Part shown: piece after piece, positions 1 to 10,057 of the stretch
Numbering within the stretch: position 1 is the first letter of the stretch
How the letters are laid out: the number at the start of each line of letters is the position of its first letter
Assembly (NCBI RefSeq): GCF_000014265.1
Contig: NC_008312.1
Coordinates: forward strand, 1,050,001 to 1,082,000
Reading direction: 5' to 3'
Origin: Trichodesmium erythraeum IMS101
GTDB lineage: Bacteria; Cyanobacteriota; Cyanobacteriia; Cyanobacteriales; Microcoleaceae
DNA length: 32,000 nt
Made by a program: the position numbers and the translations under genes
Notes under the pieces: model-generated
What the model was told of the DNA's origin: nothing
Databases searched by the model: none
The model's input: the letters and a program-made list of their open reading frames with translations, nothing else

Positions 1-1168
1 TTAAAGCAATAGTTCTGTTTTTTCTTTGTTGATTTCTTTTCTCAACTTTACCATTACGCCATTGTACCCAAAAATAACGAATGAATGGTAATACTAGAAA
101 ACTAATACCATAAGCTAGTAGCACAGGATAAATAACTTCAACAAAATTAATAATCCACCCAATCTGCTCTATCATTCTATCATCTTCTAACAATGAACCT
201 AAAACTAAAGCACCAATAAAATTAACAGCACCTAATCCAATTGCCAACATAATTTGATTAGAATTGGCTTTACTAAAACGCAATTTTTTTTCTATTAAAT
301 AAGTAGAAACAGGTTCAAAATGCCATTGTTTTGCTGTTGTTTGTAAATCAGGAAAATGATAAACAATTTGACCATCAGGACTAACTTCTGGTCGACCATT
401 AAAACGAATTAATACTGGTAAAATATACTCTTCATATTCTACAGCATATTCTTTCCCTAAATCATCTAAATAAGGAGCAATTTGTTCGGCAACTACTGCA
501 CCTTGATTATTTTTAATTACAGTAGCGATCGCCTGCCAACGTTGCTCATCTAAATTGTAATTAGGGTTCCCGTCTCCAAAGAGAAAAGAAAATATAGCCT
601 CCAAAAAATTCATTTCATTTTCTTTTTTTGGAATAAAAGATTTATTTGTTTTTCTTTGATTTTTACGTTGATATCTATAGGGTTGATCGTAGTATCCCCA
701 ATCAAACAACCACAACCAATAAGGATTAAATCCAAACCGCGGAAAAAATCCCATACTAGCGCCCGAATTATTTTCCCCTTCACATGAGTCATTTTGTTCA
801 CTACTAGAGTTAATTGAAATAACAATGATGGCAATAGCAACCATTATAATTATTATAGAAAGTATCAATAAAAATCCGAAAGAAACTCTAATTAAATAAA
901 ACAATATTCGCCAAACTTTTTCCCACCATTCTCTCAATCTTAAGCGCCAGAATTTATTGCGTAAAATACTTCTAAAATTATTGGGAAATAAATAAGCAAT
1001 TTCTCCTGATTCTGATACTTGTAAATGACCACCAGCATCTGTAGCTAAAGCTAATAATGCTTGTTCTGCGACTTTAATATCTAATCCAGCTTGAGCTGCT
1101 ACATCCCCTAAAGTAACACGGTAGTCCAGATTCTCCACAGCTGTCATTATTGCAGGATTTGGAGTCAT
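1..1168 (-). CDS. Conserved cyanobacterial membrane protein, 3' end cut by the window edge
   Basis: ATG at 1168-1166. In my hand translation the minus-strand frame stays open to position 2 (MTPNPAIMTAVENLDYRVTLGDVAAQAGLDIKV ... FWVQWRNGKVEKRNQQRKNRTIAL-). It is absent from the ORF track because no stop lies inside the window. Hydrophobic segments are FGFLLILSIIIIMVAIAIIVI, IMLAIGLGAVNFIGALVLG and VIYPVLLAYGISFLVLPFI. I spot-checked the frame at 844, 613, 313 and 58. Confidence 0.8.
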   Translation of the reverse strand, partial: MTPNPAIMTAVENLDYRVTLGDVAAQAGLDIKVAEQALLALATDAGGHLQVSESGEIAYLFPNNFRSILRNKFWRLRLREWWEKVWRILFYLIRVSFGFLLILSIIIIMVAIAIIVISINSSSEQNDSCEGENNSGASMGFFPRFGFNPYWLWLFDWGYYDQPYRYQRKNQRKTNKSFIPKKENEMNFLEAIFSFLFGDGNPNYNLDEQRWQAIATVIKNNQGAVVAEQIAPYLDDLGKEYAVEYEEYILPVLIRFNGRPEVSPDGQIVYHFPDLQTTAKQWHFEPVSTYLIEKKLRFSKANSNQIMLAIGLGAVNFIGALVLGSLLEDDRMIEQIGWIINFVEVIYPVLLAYGISFLVLPFIRYFWVQWRNGKVEKRNQQRKNRTIAL

Positions 1169-1874
1169 AACATTACCTCAAACTTAATTGACCTATTTTA
1201 AATTATAAGTAAATATGTCAAAGTATCCAATATTCATCTGGATATTGTCTACAATATGATCAATTGTAAGTGGATTGAGTTTTCTATAAAATAGTAATGG
1301 AGATTCGCCCGCAGCTAATTTATAGTCGAAAAGTTGGTTATGGGTTATTTTTATTTTTTTTATACAAACCTTTGTTTATATCTACTTACTTACTTGAATG
1401 AGACTATAAACTTAAGTCCCTAAATAGGCTAATATACTACTATAAAAAAAATGTCAAAATTGCTCACAAAATATTTTCATCTTGTACACATATATCACAT
1501 ATTTGCATAGCATTACATAGTATTATAAAACTTATATGAGTGATACTTAGCAAACAAATAATTTCAGTATTTGATAATATATAAAACCTATTTAATTTTC
1601 AATATTTTTCTATATTTATCACATGACATTTTGCCAAAAATATAATTTTTTTTTAATTATAAGAAAATCAAGCATAACCTTAATTGGTAATTTTTATGTA
1701 TATATAATAATTATAATTTTATTTTGAATGCATCCAGAAAAATTGGGGATTCAAACTATACACTCAAAAATAATTTTTGACTTTTGACCTAACTCACTTC
1801 AAGCAATTGAAGAAGAATAAAAGTCAAGAGCAAATATTGAATCTGATCTTATTCCCTATTCCTTCCTTGAATAA

Positions 1875-3653
1875 ATGCTTATATCTCTTCGCATTAATAA
1901 CTTTGCCCTCATAGACCATCTCGAACTAAAATTAGGTTCCGGTCTAAATGTCTTCACAGGTGAAACAGGTGCCGGAAAGTCCATTATCTTAGATGCTCTT
2001 AATGCTGCCCTAGGTGCTAAGATAGACCGTCGTATTATCAGAACAGGAACTAGACGAGCTATTTTAGAAGCAACCTTTAAAATTAATCCAGATCTAGCTG
2101 AATGGTTAAGAGGTCAAGAAATAGATCCGGTAGATGATACATTAGTAATTTGTAGTCGCGAAATTATTGTAACTCAAGACTCCCTGCGCACAAGGTCTCG
2201 TGTAAATGGGGTTCTAGTTAACCGGAAAATAATAGACCAACTTCGCGATCGCTTAGTAGAGATTACAGCTCAAGGCCAGACTTTACAATTGGGAAATACT
2301 AATCTGCAAAGAGAATGGCTTGATTTATATGGTGGTTATTCCCTACTCAAATGTCGAGAAGCCGTAAATATTAGCTATCAAAAAGCTCAAAAAACCAAAG
2401 TAGCGTTAGAAAACCGTCGCCAGTCAGAGCAGCAACGTTTACAAAGAATAGACTTATTAGAATACCAGGTACAAGAATTAGATAAAGCTAATCTTACTGA
2501 GCCTCAAGAATTAGAGCAACTAATACAAGAAAGTCAACGCCTTAGTCATGTAGTTGAACTGCAACATCAAAGTTATCAAATATATCAAGCTTTATATCAA
2601 AATGAAGGTGATAATTCAGCAGCAGCAGATCTTTTAGGAAAAGCAGAAACAATATTAAATGATATGGTAAACTACGACTGCACATTACAATCAATATCAG
2701 AAATGATTAGTGAAGCTCTAGCTCAAGTTGTTGAAGCTAGCCGACAAATTAGCAGTTATGGTGAGCAATTAGAAGCAGATCCTCAAAGATTACAGGATGT
2801 AGAAGAAAGAATTCAAGAACTTAAACAAATTTGTCGTAAGTATGGACCCACTCTAGAAGAAGGCATTAATTATTATCACAGAATACAAGCAGAACTTAAA
2901 GAACTACTTGAAGGAGGAGAGTCCCTTGAAGCACTAGAAAAAGTATATCAAGAAGATCAGATTGAATTACAAAATAAATGTCACGAACTTAGTTTGCAAC
3001 GCCATAGTGCTGCTGCTAAATTGGAAACACATTTGGTAGAAGAATTAAAGCCCCTTGCTATGGAGAAAGTGAAATTTAAGGTACAAATTACTTCTATTAC
3101 TCCGACAATTACAGGTGCTGACCACCTTACATTTTGTTTTAGTTCTAATCCTGGTGAACCACTACAACCTCTAAATTTAACTGCTTCTGGAGGAGAAATG
3201 AGTCGGTTTTTATTAGCACTGAAAGCTTGTTTTTCTCAAATTGAAGCATCAGATACTCTAGTTTTTGATGAAATAGATGTAGGAGTTTCAGGAAGAGTAG
3301 CAGGAGCTATTTCAGAAAAGTTACACCAACTTAGTCGCCAACATCAAGTTCTATGTGTAACTCACCAACCTATAGTTGCTGCAATGGCAGACCATCATTT
3401 TAATGTTAGCAAGCAAGTAATTCAGCAAGTAGCTAATGTTGATTCAAATGATCACAATTCTGAGGAGAGAACAATAGTTAGAGTGAAAAGCCTGGATAAT
3501 TATCAACGACGAGAAGAGCTCGCACAATTAGCTAGTGGTAGATCAGTTCAAGAAGCTATTGCTTTTGCAGAATCTCTTTTAACTCAAGCCGCAACTAAAC
3601 GCGAGAAAAATTCGATTACTCCTATTTCTAGTTCCAGTTTTGGAGGTGAATAG
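1875..3653 (+). CDS. recN: DNA repair protein RecN (SMC-like ATPase)
   Basis: 592 aa. The N-terminus MLISLRINNFALIDHLELKLGSGLNVFTGETGAGKSIILDAL contains a Walker A motif (GETGAGKS). A long coiled-coil middle follows. The C-terminus carries the ABC signature SGGEMSR and Walker B LVFDEIDVG. This is the typical RecN layout. Confidence 0.95.
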   Translation: MLISLRINNFALIDHLELKLGSGLNVFTGETGAGKSIILDALNAALGAKIDRRIIRTGTRRAILEATFKINPDLAEWLRGQEIDPVDDTLVICSREIIVTQDSLRTRSRVNGVLVNRKIIDQLRDRLVEITAQGQTLQLGNTNLQREWLDLYGGYSLLKCREAVNISYQKAQKTKVALENRRQSEQQRLQRIDLLEYQVQELDKANLTEPQELEQLIQESQRLSHVVELQHQSYQIYQALYQNEGDNSAAADLLGKAETILNDMVNYDCTLQSISEMISEALAQVVEASRQISSYGEQLEADPQRLQDVEERIQELKQICRKYGPTLEEGINYYHRIQAELKELLEGGESLEALEKVYQEDQIELQNKCHELSLQRHSAAAKLETHLVEELKPLAMEKVKFKVQITSITPTITGADHLTFCFSSNPGEPLQPLNLTASGGEMSRFLLALKACFSQIEASDTLVFDEIDVGVSGRVAGAISEKLHQLSRQHQVLCVTHQPIVAAMADHHFNVSKQVIQQVANVDSNDHNSEERTIVRVKSLDNYQRREELAQLASGRSVQEAIAFAESLLTQAATKREKNSITPISSSSFGGE

Positions 3654-3687
3654 TAAATCTTTGACATCCTACTGATATTGCCCTTAA

Positions 3688-3765
3688 GTGACAAAACATA
3701 ATCCCTGAACCTCACGGTGAGGGACACTCCTCTGAAGGAGGCTAATGGTTTATGTTTTATCGCAC
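3688..3765. other. Compact nested stem-loop element just downstream of the recN stop
   Basis: The outer 9-bp inverted repeat is aaaacataa (3693-3701) / ttatgtttt (3750-3758), extended by GTG (3688-3690) / CAC (3763-3765). It encloses two small GC hairpins: cctca-cgg-tgagg (3710-3722) and cctc-tgaag-gagg (3729-3741). No U-run follows on either strand. Confidence 0.35.
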
Positions 3766-3814
3766 AAAAAACCAAGACTAAACCTATTTGTAATTTAATC
3801 GTCACTCCACAGAC

Positions 3815-3852
3815 TAATACTGCTACTCCCTTCCTGCTAGAAAATTACCTAT
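3815..3852. repeat. Left terminal inverted repeat of the IS630-like relic
   Basis: Pairs with 5197-5237 as described for the element. It is followed by a local 10-bp hairpin, tacctattat-N17-ataataggta. Confidence 0.55.
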
Positions 3853-3988
3853 TATTTAACATATGTTATTACATAATAGGTAATAAGGGATGAATCATGA
3901 TTAAATCTTTAGGGAATAAAACTTTTAGGTTAGGCGATCGCTAATTAAATTTAGAATTGTGGCCATAATTGTACTACAAGTGTCAACA

Positions 3989-4900
3989 AGAATATTTAAG
4001 GAAAAGATTCTTGGCAATTCAATACTTGTATGAAGGAAAAACTAGAACAGAAGTATCAGATTTATTAGATTGTCATTATCAAACTTTATCTACTTGAATA
4101 GATTAATTTTTAGAAGGAGGATTAAAGAATTTAGTAGCACCAATCACTCACCAAGTATCATTAAGATTAAAGATAGAGCAGAAACAGGAATTAAAAAGAA
4201 TGATACTGGAAGAATTGCCTAGAGATTATGGGGTAGATAGAAACAAATGGAGCTGGTAAAATTATTAGTAATGTTATTTAATTAAGATAGGGAGTAAAAC
4301 TGAAAATAATGAGAATATATGAAGTTTTAAATGCATTAAATTTATCAGTCAAAAAGCCCATATAAATTATGCTAATGCCAGCCAAGAACAGCAAAAAACA
4401 TTTATTTTAAGTCTAAAAAAAATTGGCATCTAAAAAAGAGAAAGAAAAAATAGTATTTTTTGATGAATTTGTTGTTTATGAGCGCTCAAGTATTTTTTAC
4501 AGATGGGCAGAAAAAAAATACAGCTCCCGAAGTACCCAGTAATGAGAAGGGAGGTAAAAATAAATTGAATGGAATGATTTCAGTTGATGCCTTTACAGCT
4601 CAAGAGTATTTAAAATTCAAAGAAAAATCTAAAACAGAGGAAGTTTCGGATGACTTTTTACAATTAACTCAAGATTTTTTAACAGAAGGATTTGATAAAT
4701 TGACTATTATTTTAGCTCTGGACTAGACAGATAAAAATAAAATGAAATTTTAATTGAAATTTCATCTCATTAATGCTCAAATATTCAGATAAAATTGTTG
4801 TAGATTTTATTCATACTCCAACATATTCTCCTAATTTTAATTGAGTTGAATATATTATTCATCTTTTAAGACTTAAACTGTTAAATCACTTTTCCTGGGA
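3989..4900 (+). pseudogene. IS630-family transposase pseudogene (multiple stops and frameshifts)
   Basis: Translated fragments in shifting + frames read KILAIQYLYEGKTRTEVSDLLDCHYQTLSTW (HTH), LKNLVAPITHQVSLRLKIEQKQELKRMILEELPRDYGVDRNKWSGK, IVFFDEFVVYE, LTIIL and HTPTYSPNFN-VEYIIHLL (the YSPxLNxxE motif typical of IS630 DDE transposases). The track ORF 4460..4726 is one surviving piece. Confidence 0.55.
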
Positions 4901-5196
4901 TGTAAATATTCAACAAGTTTAAGGGTATATTAGAAAAAATTTTCCAATTTAATCAACTTCAGACAACTGAACAAGTCCAAAATCTAACTCGGTATATTTG
5001 TACTTTAGCGTAGCTAGATTAAAGTAGAAATAAGTACCAATAATTGTTCTGGTAAATATTCTTTTTGGGGTTTGTATTATAGTTTTTGCCATAATTGAGT
5101 ATCTAAGATCGCGATCGCTAGATTGAACCATTCTATCAGATAAAGGTTTTATCGTTTTGCTGCTCTAATTAGCTTTTGTAATGTTTATACTACATG

Positions 5197-5237
5197 ATAG
5201 GTAATCTTCTAGCGGGAAAGGAGTAGTGCGGATATTA
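5197..5237. repeat. Right terminal inverted repeat of the IS630-like relic
   Basis: ataggtaatcttctagcgggaaaggagtagtgcggatatta is the imperfect reverse complement of 3815-3852. Confidence 0.55.
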
Positions 5238-5789
5238 CTGGTTATTTTGGGAATAATGATTAGGGATTGAGTAAAAATATATCAAAAATAACCTCTAAAT
5301 CTTATATATTAATGGTTTAACCTCTAACAAACAAGTTAGTTAAGTCAGATATTTAAGGTTTTACCCATTTTTAGCTTATTACCGTATTTTTCTTTTCCCT
5401 TTTAGATTAACTTCTATTGATTTATGCCCTCTAAAAATTGGTAATTTACCTTGAAAAAGCAAAAAAAACCTTAATAGATGAAATAAATTATTCTTCATTA
5501 AGAACAAAAAAATTAAATCTAAGTATCTATAGATACTTTTGTTGCCATTAATGAGAAAGTAGGGTAGAAGCCCATTATTTTGATAAATACATAAGAATAA
5601 GTTATGAAAACTGAACCAATGAAAATTACTTGTTATGTTAAACTATAGTATAGTTTTTTATAGAAGCTTTAAAAGCCTTAAGTTCTTAATATTAATTAAC
5701 AAATGGAGTGAAAATTATATAAAAATCTTAATTTTGCAGACAAAAAATAGCATCCAATGTCAATACTTATATCAATTAATTAAAACGTT

Positions 5790-8525
5790 ATGACATCTAC
5801 ATCTTCAAATCAAATAGCAAAAGAAGATAAAATTCCAATAGAAGTGAAAGTAGTTGTAGAGGGTAGTAGCCATGATGTTTCTCTCCCTCAAGATAATTCT
5901 GGTTATAAAAATTCTCAAATTAATAGCAGTAATGGAGATAATTCTCAAAGTAAATCAACAGTTAACGAAAATAGTGCATTAGTTCATTCTGGTTCTGGGG
6001 CTAATTTTTCAGAATTTCTGGCTCCTTTAACAAAAGATACTTTTGTTGGAGTTGTTAAAGATGTTGAAGAAAAACTAAAGACAGTGAATCAAACCCTTGG
6101 GATGCTCAATAATTTGTTAGAAGCTCAAGGATTTGATGCTATTCTCCATGAAATGTTACGTTCAATTACTCTCAAAACAGGAGAATTATTGAATGCAGAC
6201 CGAACAACAATTTGGTTATTAGATGAAGAAAAGAATGAACTTTGGTCAACAGTTGCTCAAGGAGCTAATGGAAAACCATTAGAGTTAAGAATTCCAGCCA
6301 ATGAGGGAATAGCTGGCGAATCAGCTCAAGCAAAAAAAGTCATTAACATACCTTATGATTTTTATGATGATCCCCGTTCAGCGAGTGCGAAAAAACTCGA
6401 CAAACAAAACGGATATCGAACTTACACTATGGTAGTACTGCCATTATTAAAAGAAGAAACTGGAGATTTAATTGCAGTTGTTCAACTTCTAAATAAGTTA
6501 AAACAAGATGTAGAAAAATATGAACTCTTAGAAGACAAAATAGATGTCAATGGATTTACCGAAGAAGATGAAAGAGTATTTAATGAATTTGCTCCTTCTA
6601 TTAGTCTCATACTAGAATCTTCTAAATCATTTTATGCAGCCACCCAAAGACAAAGGGCAGCAGAAGCTTTAATGAAAGCTGTAGACTCCCTTAGCAAAAG
6701 TAGCCTAGACTTAGAAGATACCCTAGACAAAGTCATGTATCAGGCCCGGGAACTGATGAATGCAGATCGTAGTACCATCTGGCTTATAGATAACGATAAA
6801 AATCAACTCTGGACAAAAATCTTAATTGATGGTAAGCGAACCGAAATCCGAATAGATAAAAACCAAGGTTTCGTTGGTATGGTTGCCACGTCTGGTGAAA
6901 CACTACTAATTCCTTTTGATGTTTATAAAGATTCTCGTTCAGTTACAGCCAAAGAAACAGACGAAAAAACAGGTTATCGTACCTGCAGTCTATTGTGTAT
7001 GCCTGTTTTTAATGATAATAATGAACTAATTGGTGTGACTCAGTTGGTTAATAAAAAGAAACAAGGAGAGTATCCAGCTTATAACCCCGCTAATTGGCCT
7101 AATGCACCAGAACAATGGAAAGCTAGTTTTAATCGTGATGATTTAGAGTTTATGAAGGCTTTTAATATTCAAGCAGGGGTAGCTCTTCAAAACGCGAAAT
7201 TATTTGATACAGTCAAACAAGAACAACAAAGGCAAAAGGATATTTTGCGCAGTCTGTCCAATGGAGTAATATCTACTGACAAAAAAGGTCAAGTCATTGC
7301 TACAAATGAAAGCGCTAGAGATTTACTAGGTATTAGTTATACAGATATACTAGAAGGTAAATCTGTAAAAGATTTGGTTCGCCTTAAAGAAGGTGAATTT
7401 TCTAAATGGTTAGATGTAGCACTTTCCCCTAATGAGAGTAAAGAGTACCAGCAGTATTACCCAGATCAAACTTTATTGCCTCAAGGAGATTTACCTCCTC
7501 AAAGTATTAATTTGTCAATTAACTCAATGATTGATGTTTTGGAACCGGAGAGGGTGAATGGTGTGTTGATAGTGATGGAAGATATAACAGGAGAAAAGCA
7601 AGTTAAAAATTTGATGTATCGTTACATGACACCAAAAGTCGCAGAACAATTATTAGCAAGTGGTGACACTGGTTTAGGAGGTAAACTTCAACAGGTTTCT
7701 GTACTTTTCAGTGATATTCGTAGTTACACTACTTTGACAGAAAACATGAGTGCTGAACAAGTGGTCAGTTTGTTAAATGAATATTTTGAAGAAATGGTAG
7801 ATGTTGTTTTCAAATACAAAGGCACTCTTGATAAATATATAGGAGATGCGATAATGGCAGTCTTTGGATCTCCAGCTCCGTTAGAAGATCATCCTTTATA
7901 TGCCATGCAAACTGCTGTAGAAATGCGCCAACGCTTGCAGCTGTTTAATAAAGATCGTCTAGCTAAGGATAAAAAGGCCATCAGTATTGGTATAGGGATT
8001 CACTCAGACGAAGTAGTTAGTGGTAATATTGGCTCTAGTAAACGTATGGAGCTAACTTCTATTGGAGATGGTGTTAACCTGGCCTCTCGCCTTGAAGGTA
8101 CAAGTAAACAGTATGGTACAGATTTGATTATTAGTGATAATACTTATCAACCTTACAAAGAATTGCTTTGGGTTCGGGAGCTAGACTTAATTACTGTGAA
8201 GGGAAAAAGTAAACCTGTCAAAATATATGAACTTTTGGGCTTTAAGGAAGGTGATCTCAAACAAGAATTGACTGACAAACAACATCAGATTGTTGGTCAC
8301 TATCATCAAGGACGGGAGTATTATTTGAGGCCATCCAAAGAGAAAAACTTAACAGATAATTCTATTAAAGAAGCTTTTGCACTTGCTGAAGCTGAATTTA
8401 GAGAAGTTCTGAATATTGACCCAAAGAATAAAGCAGCCAAGTTACACGTTGGTCGTTGTCAGCTATTTCAGGCCGAACTTCCTTCAAAAGATTGGGATGG
8501 GGTCTGGCAATTAACTGAAAAGTAA
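5790..8525 (+). CDS. cyaB: Class III adenylate cyclase with tandem GAF domains, a PAS domain and a TPR-like C-terminus (CyaB1/CyaB2 architecture)
   Basis: 911 aa. After a Ser/Asn-rich N-terminus there are two GAF domains: ~aa 105-280 with LNADRTTIWLLDEE...VVQLLNKL...FTEEDERVF, and ~aa 300-472 with MNADRSTIWLIDND...VTQLVNKK...FNRDDLEF. A PAS domain spans ~aa 478-600. The cyclase homology domain spans ~aa 632-815, with VSVLFSDIRSYTTL and DKYIGDAIMAVFG. This domain order matches the Anabaena CyaB1/B2 type. Confidence 0.9.
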   Translation: MTSTSSNQIAKEDKIPIEVKVVVEGSSHDVSLPQDNSGYKNSQINSSNGDNSQSKSTVNENSALVHSGSGANFSEFLAPLTKDTFVGVVKDVEEKLKTVNQTLGMLNNLLEAQGFDAILHEMLRSITLKTGELLNADRTTIWLLDEEKNELWSTVAQGANGKPLELRIPANEGIAGESAQAKKVINIPYDFYDDPRSASAKKLDKQNGYRTYTMVVLPLLKEETGDLIAVVQLLNKLKQDVEKYELLEDKIDVNGFTEEDERVFNEFAPSISLILESSKSFYAATQRQRAAEALMKAVDSLSKSSLDLEDTLDKVMYQARELMNADRSTIWLIDNDKNQLWTKILIDGKRTEIRIDKNQGFVGMVATSGETLLIPFDVYKDSRSVTAKETDEKTGYRTCSLLCMPVFNDNNELIGVTQLVNKKKQGEYPAYNPANWPNAPEQWKASFNRDDLEFMKAFNIQAGVALQNAKLFDTVKQEQQRQKDILRSLSNGVISTDKKGQVIATNESARDLLGISYTDILEGKSVKDLVRLKEGEFSKWLDVALSPNESKEYQQYYPDQTLLPQGDLPPQSINLSINSMIDVLEPERVNGVLIVMEDITGEKQVKNLMYRYMTPKVAEQLLASGDTGLGGKLQQVSVLFSDIRSYTTLTENMSAEQVVSLLNEYFEEMVDVVFKYKGTLDKYIGDAIMAVFGSPAPLEDHPLYAMQTAVEMRQRLQLFNKDRLAKDKKAISIGIGIHSDEVVSGNIGSSKRMELTSIGDGVNLASRLEGTSKQYGTDLIISDNTYQPYKELLWVRELDLITVKGKSKPVKIYELLGFKEGDLKQELTDKQHQIVGHYHQGREYYLRPSKEKNLTDNSIKEAFALAEAEFREVLNIDPKNKAAKLHVGRCQLFQAELPSKDWDGVWQLTEK

Positions 8526-8583
8526 AAATTTCCCTCTCAAAAAAATGTTACTTCTCATATTTTGAAACAAATTAGCACTAGTT

Positions 8584-8949
8584 ATGAATAATTTAAATTC
8601 CCATTACTCAGATACTGACTGGATAGAGAAAGTTCATCAATTGTTGCTTGAGATTGCTCGTGCTTCTGTTTCAGATCAACCATTACTACCAGAAAATGTT
8701 GCTGAAAGAGCTCTACCACTGGCCAATAAAGCTAAAAGTATCCAAGAAAAAGCTGATAGTCTAATTATTCCTTCAGATTCCCTAGAATGGGTGGGAAAGG
8801 TACGTCAACTTTTGTTGGATTTATCTCGTGCTTCCTTAGCAGATATACCAAGACTACCTGTAGATATTGCGGAAAGCTCTTTGACTCTGGCAAAAACAGC
8901 TAAAGAGATTAAAGACAAAGTTGCTGACAAAAATCGTAGTTGTCAATAA
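8584..8949 (+). CDS. Hypothetical protein built from two ~50-aa tandem repeats, probably co-transcribed with the cyclase
   Basis: 121-aa ORF starting 58 nt after the cyaB stop on the same strand. Its internal repeats are DWIEKVHQLLLEIARASVSDQPLLPENVAERALPLANKAKSIQEKADS and EWVGKVRQLLLDLSRASLADIPRLPVDIAESSLTLAKTAKEIKDKVAD. Confidence 0.6.
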   Translation: MNNLNSHYSDTDWIEKVHQLLLEIARASVSDQPLLPENVAERALPLANKAKSIQEKADSLIIPSDSLEWVGKVRQLLLDLSRASLADIPRLPVDIAESSLTLAKTAKEIKDKVADKNRSCQ

Positions 8950-9880
8950 TTCAAATAATGGTGAACTTAAAGACAGCATCTATATCAAATTTGTACTACG
9001 GTTGATAATTTTAAGTTTTTTAGAAATTTCCTAAATATGGAATCATATACTCAACCTGCCAGTTACTGAGATGATCAACCTCTTGAATGGATTATTTTAT
9101 GAACGACAATGTCTGTATGAACATTAGTATTATTTTTATTAGTCATTATTTATTATTTTAAGAGTAAGATTAACTTCATTTCTCAAACTTCTTATGAATT
9201 ATCTGGCTATGAATGATTTCTAACTAAATTTCTAAGAACTTTACTTAAAATTTCTATAATATTTTGTCAATACTCCTTTTCTTTATAAGGTTAATAATTA
9301 AACTACAATCATGTATTTATCCATAAATATCAAGTAAATTGATGTAGAAATTTGATAATTTTTTTAATCCCAAAAAATTTATAAAATATTTTGTTTAAAT
9401 CATGGTAAATATAGTGGAATTACTACCTTATAAAAGAAATCAAAAATATTGACAAGCTTATATATATTGGAATGATTTAGATATTGATATCATATCTCTC
9501 TGAATACCCACAATAAAAATTGTTGAAGTCCTGAATAAAAAATTCAATAAATGGAAAGTATAGAGAATATTAAAGAGTAATGTAAAAATAGCTTTAACAA
9601 TTTTTATATTTATTTATTACCTATATAACCTAAGTAAGTAGGTTTAATAATCAATGCAATAGCAAGAAAAACTTAAAACACTGAAAACTTTTTGAGGAGT
9701 TTCTTTTATACTCTTTTTCATATTTTTTATTTTAATCTTTATTCATGCTGACCTACTTAGAATTTGCTGATTAACTCTAAAAAACTTACATAGTCATAAT
9801 TTAAGGCATTTATAATCATAAATTGTACCTGATTTTCAGCTACAATAGATAAAAAACTAAGTCTCTATACTGCACTCACC

Positions 9881-10057
9881 ATGTACAAAAAAGTAGGCCA
9901 GCGTGAAACTCTACCAGAAAATTTTGAACTACCGTTTAATGACAAATTACCCCCAGAAAATCCTTGGTTAGTGATGGCTAGTTTAATTTAATGGTCGGAA
10001 TTTGGAGATAAATATGCAGTTAATTTCTCTATAGGGCGTTGCATATTTGTAGGATGA
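9881..10057 (+). pseudogene. N-terminal fragment of an IS5/IS1182-type (DUF772-like) transposase
   Basis: The translation is MYKKVGQRETLPENFELPFNDKLPPENPWLVMASLI*WSEFGDKYAVNFSIGRC. The LPF..L..EN.W..(L)I(P)W.EF...Y motif is typical of the InsH-type N-terminal domain. An in-frame TAA at 9989-9991 sits where homologues have Pro. No DDE domain follows. Confidence 0.45.

Larger units (their letters stand above)
3815..5237 (+). mobile_element. Decayed IS630/Tc1-mariner-like insertion sequence bounded by ~40-bp imperfect terminal inverted repeats
   Basis: The left end is taatactgctactcccttcctgctagaaaattacctat (3815-3852). The reverse complement of the right end (5197-5237) is taatatccgcactactcctttcccgctagaagattacctat. 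Shared blocks are taata, ctactcc, gctagaa and attacctat. The interior carries broken transposase reading frames. Confidence 0.6.

Noticed and set aside
610-840. 76-aa minus-strand ORF from the track
   Set aside because: It starts at TTG in an alternative frame entirely inside the long minus-strand CDS 1..1168, which is in a different frame and has a coherent protein sequence.
1797-1812. Palindrome cttcaa-gcaa-ttgaag upstream of recN as a possible LexA/SOS operator
   Set aside because: It does not resemble the cyanobacterial LexA box as I recall it (RGTAC-N3-DGTWCB). A short AT-rich palindrome is expected by chance in this spacer.
3584-3805. 73-aa minus-strand ORF overlapping the recN 3' end
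   Set aside because: It overlaps the recN coding sequence and the structured spacer. Its composition is not protein-like, and it has no start context.
4460-4726. 88-aa ORF as an independent gene
   Set aside because: It is a surviving in-frame piece of the decayed IS630-like transposase. It is flanked by out-of-frame continuations of the same protein.
4949-5131. 60-aa minus-strand ORF near the right end of the IS relic
   Set aside because: It is antisense to the transposase remnant, AT-rich and low-complexity, and lies inside the element.
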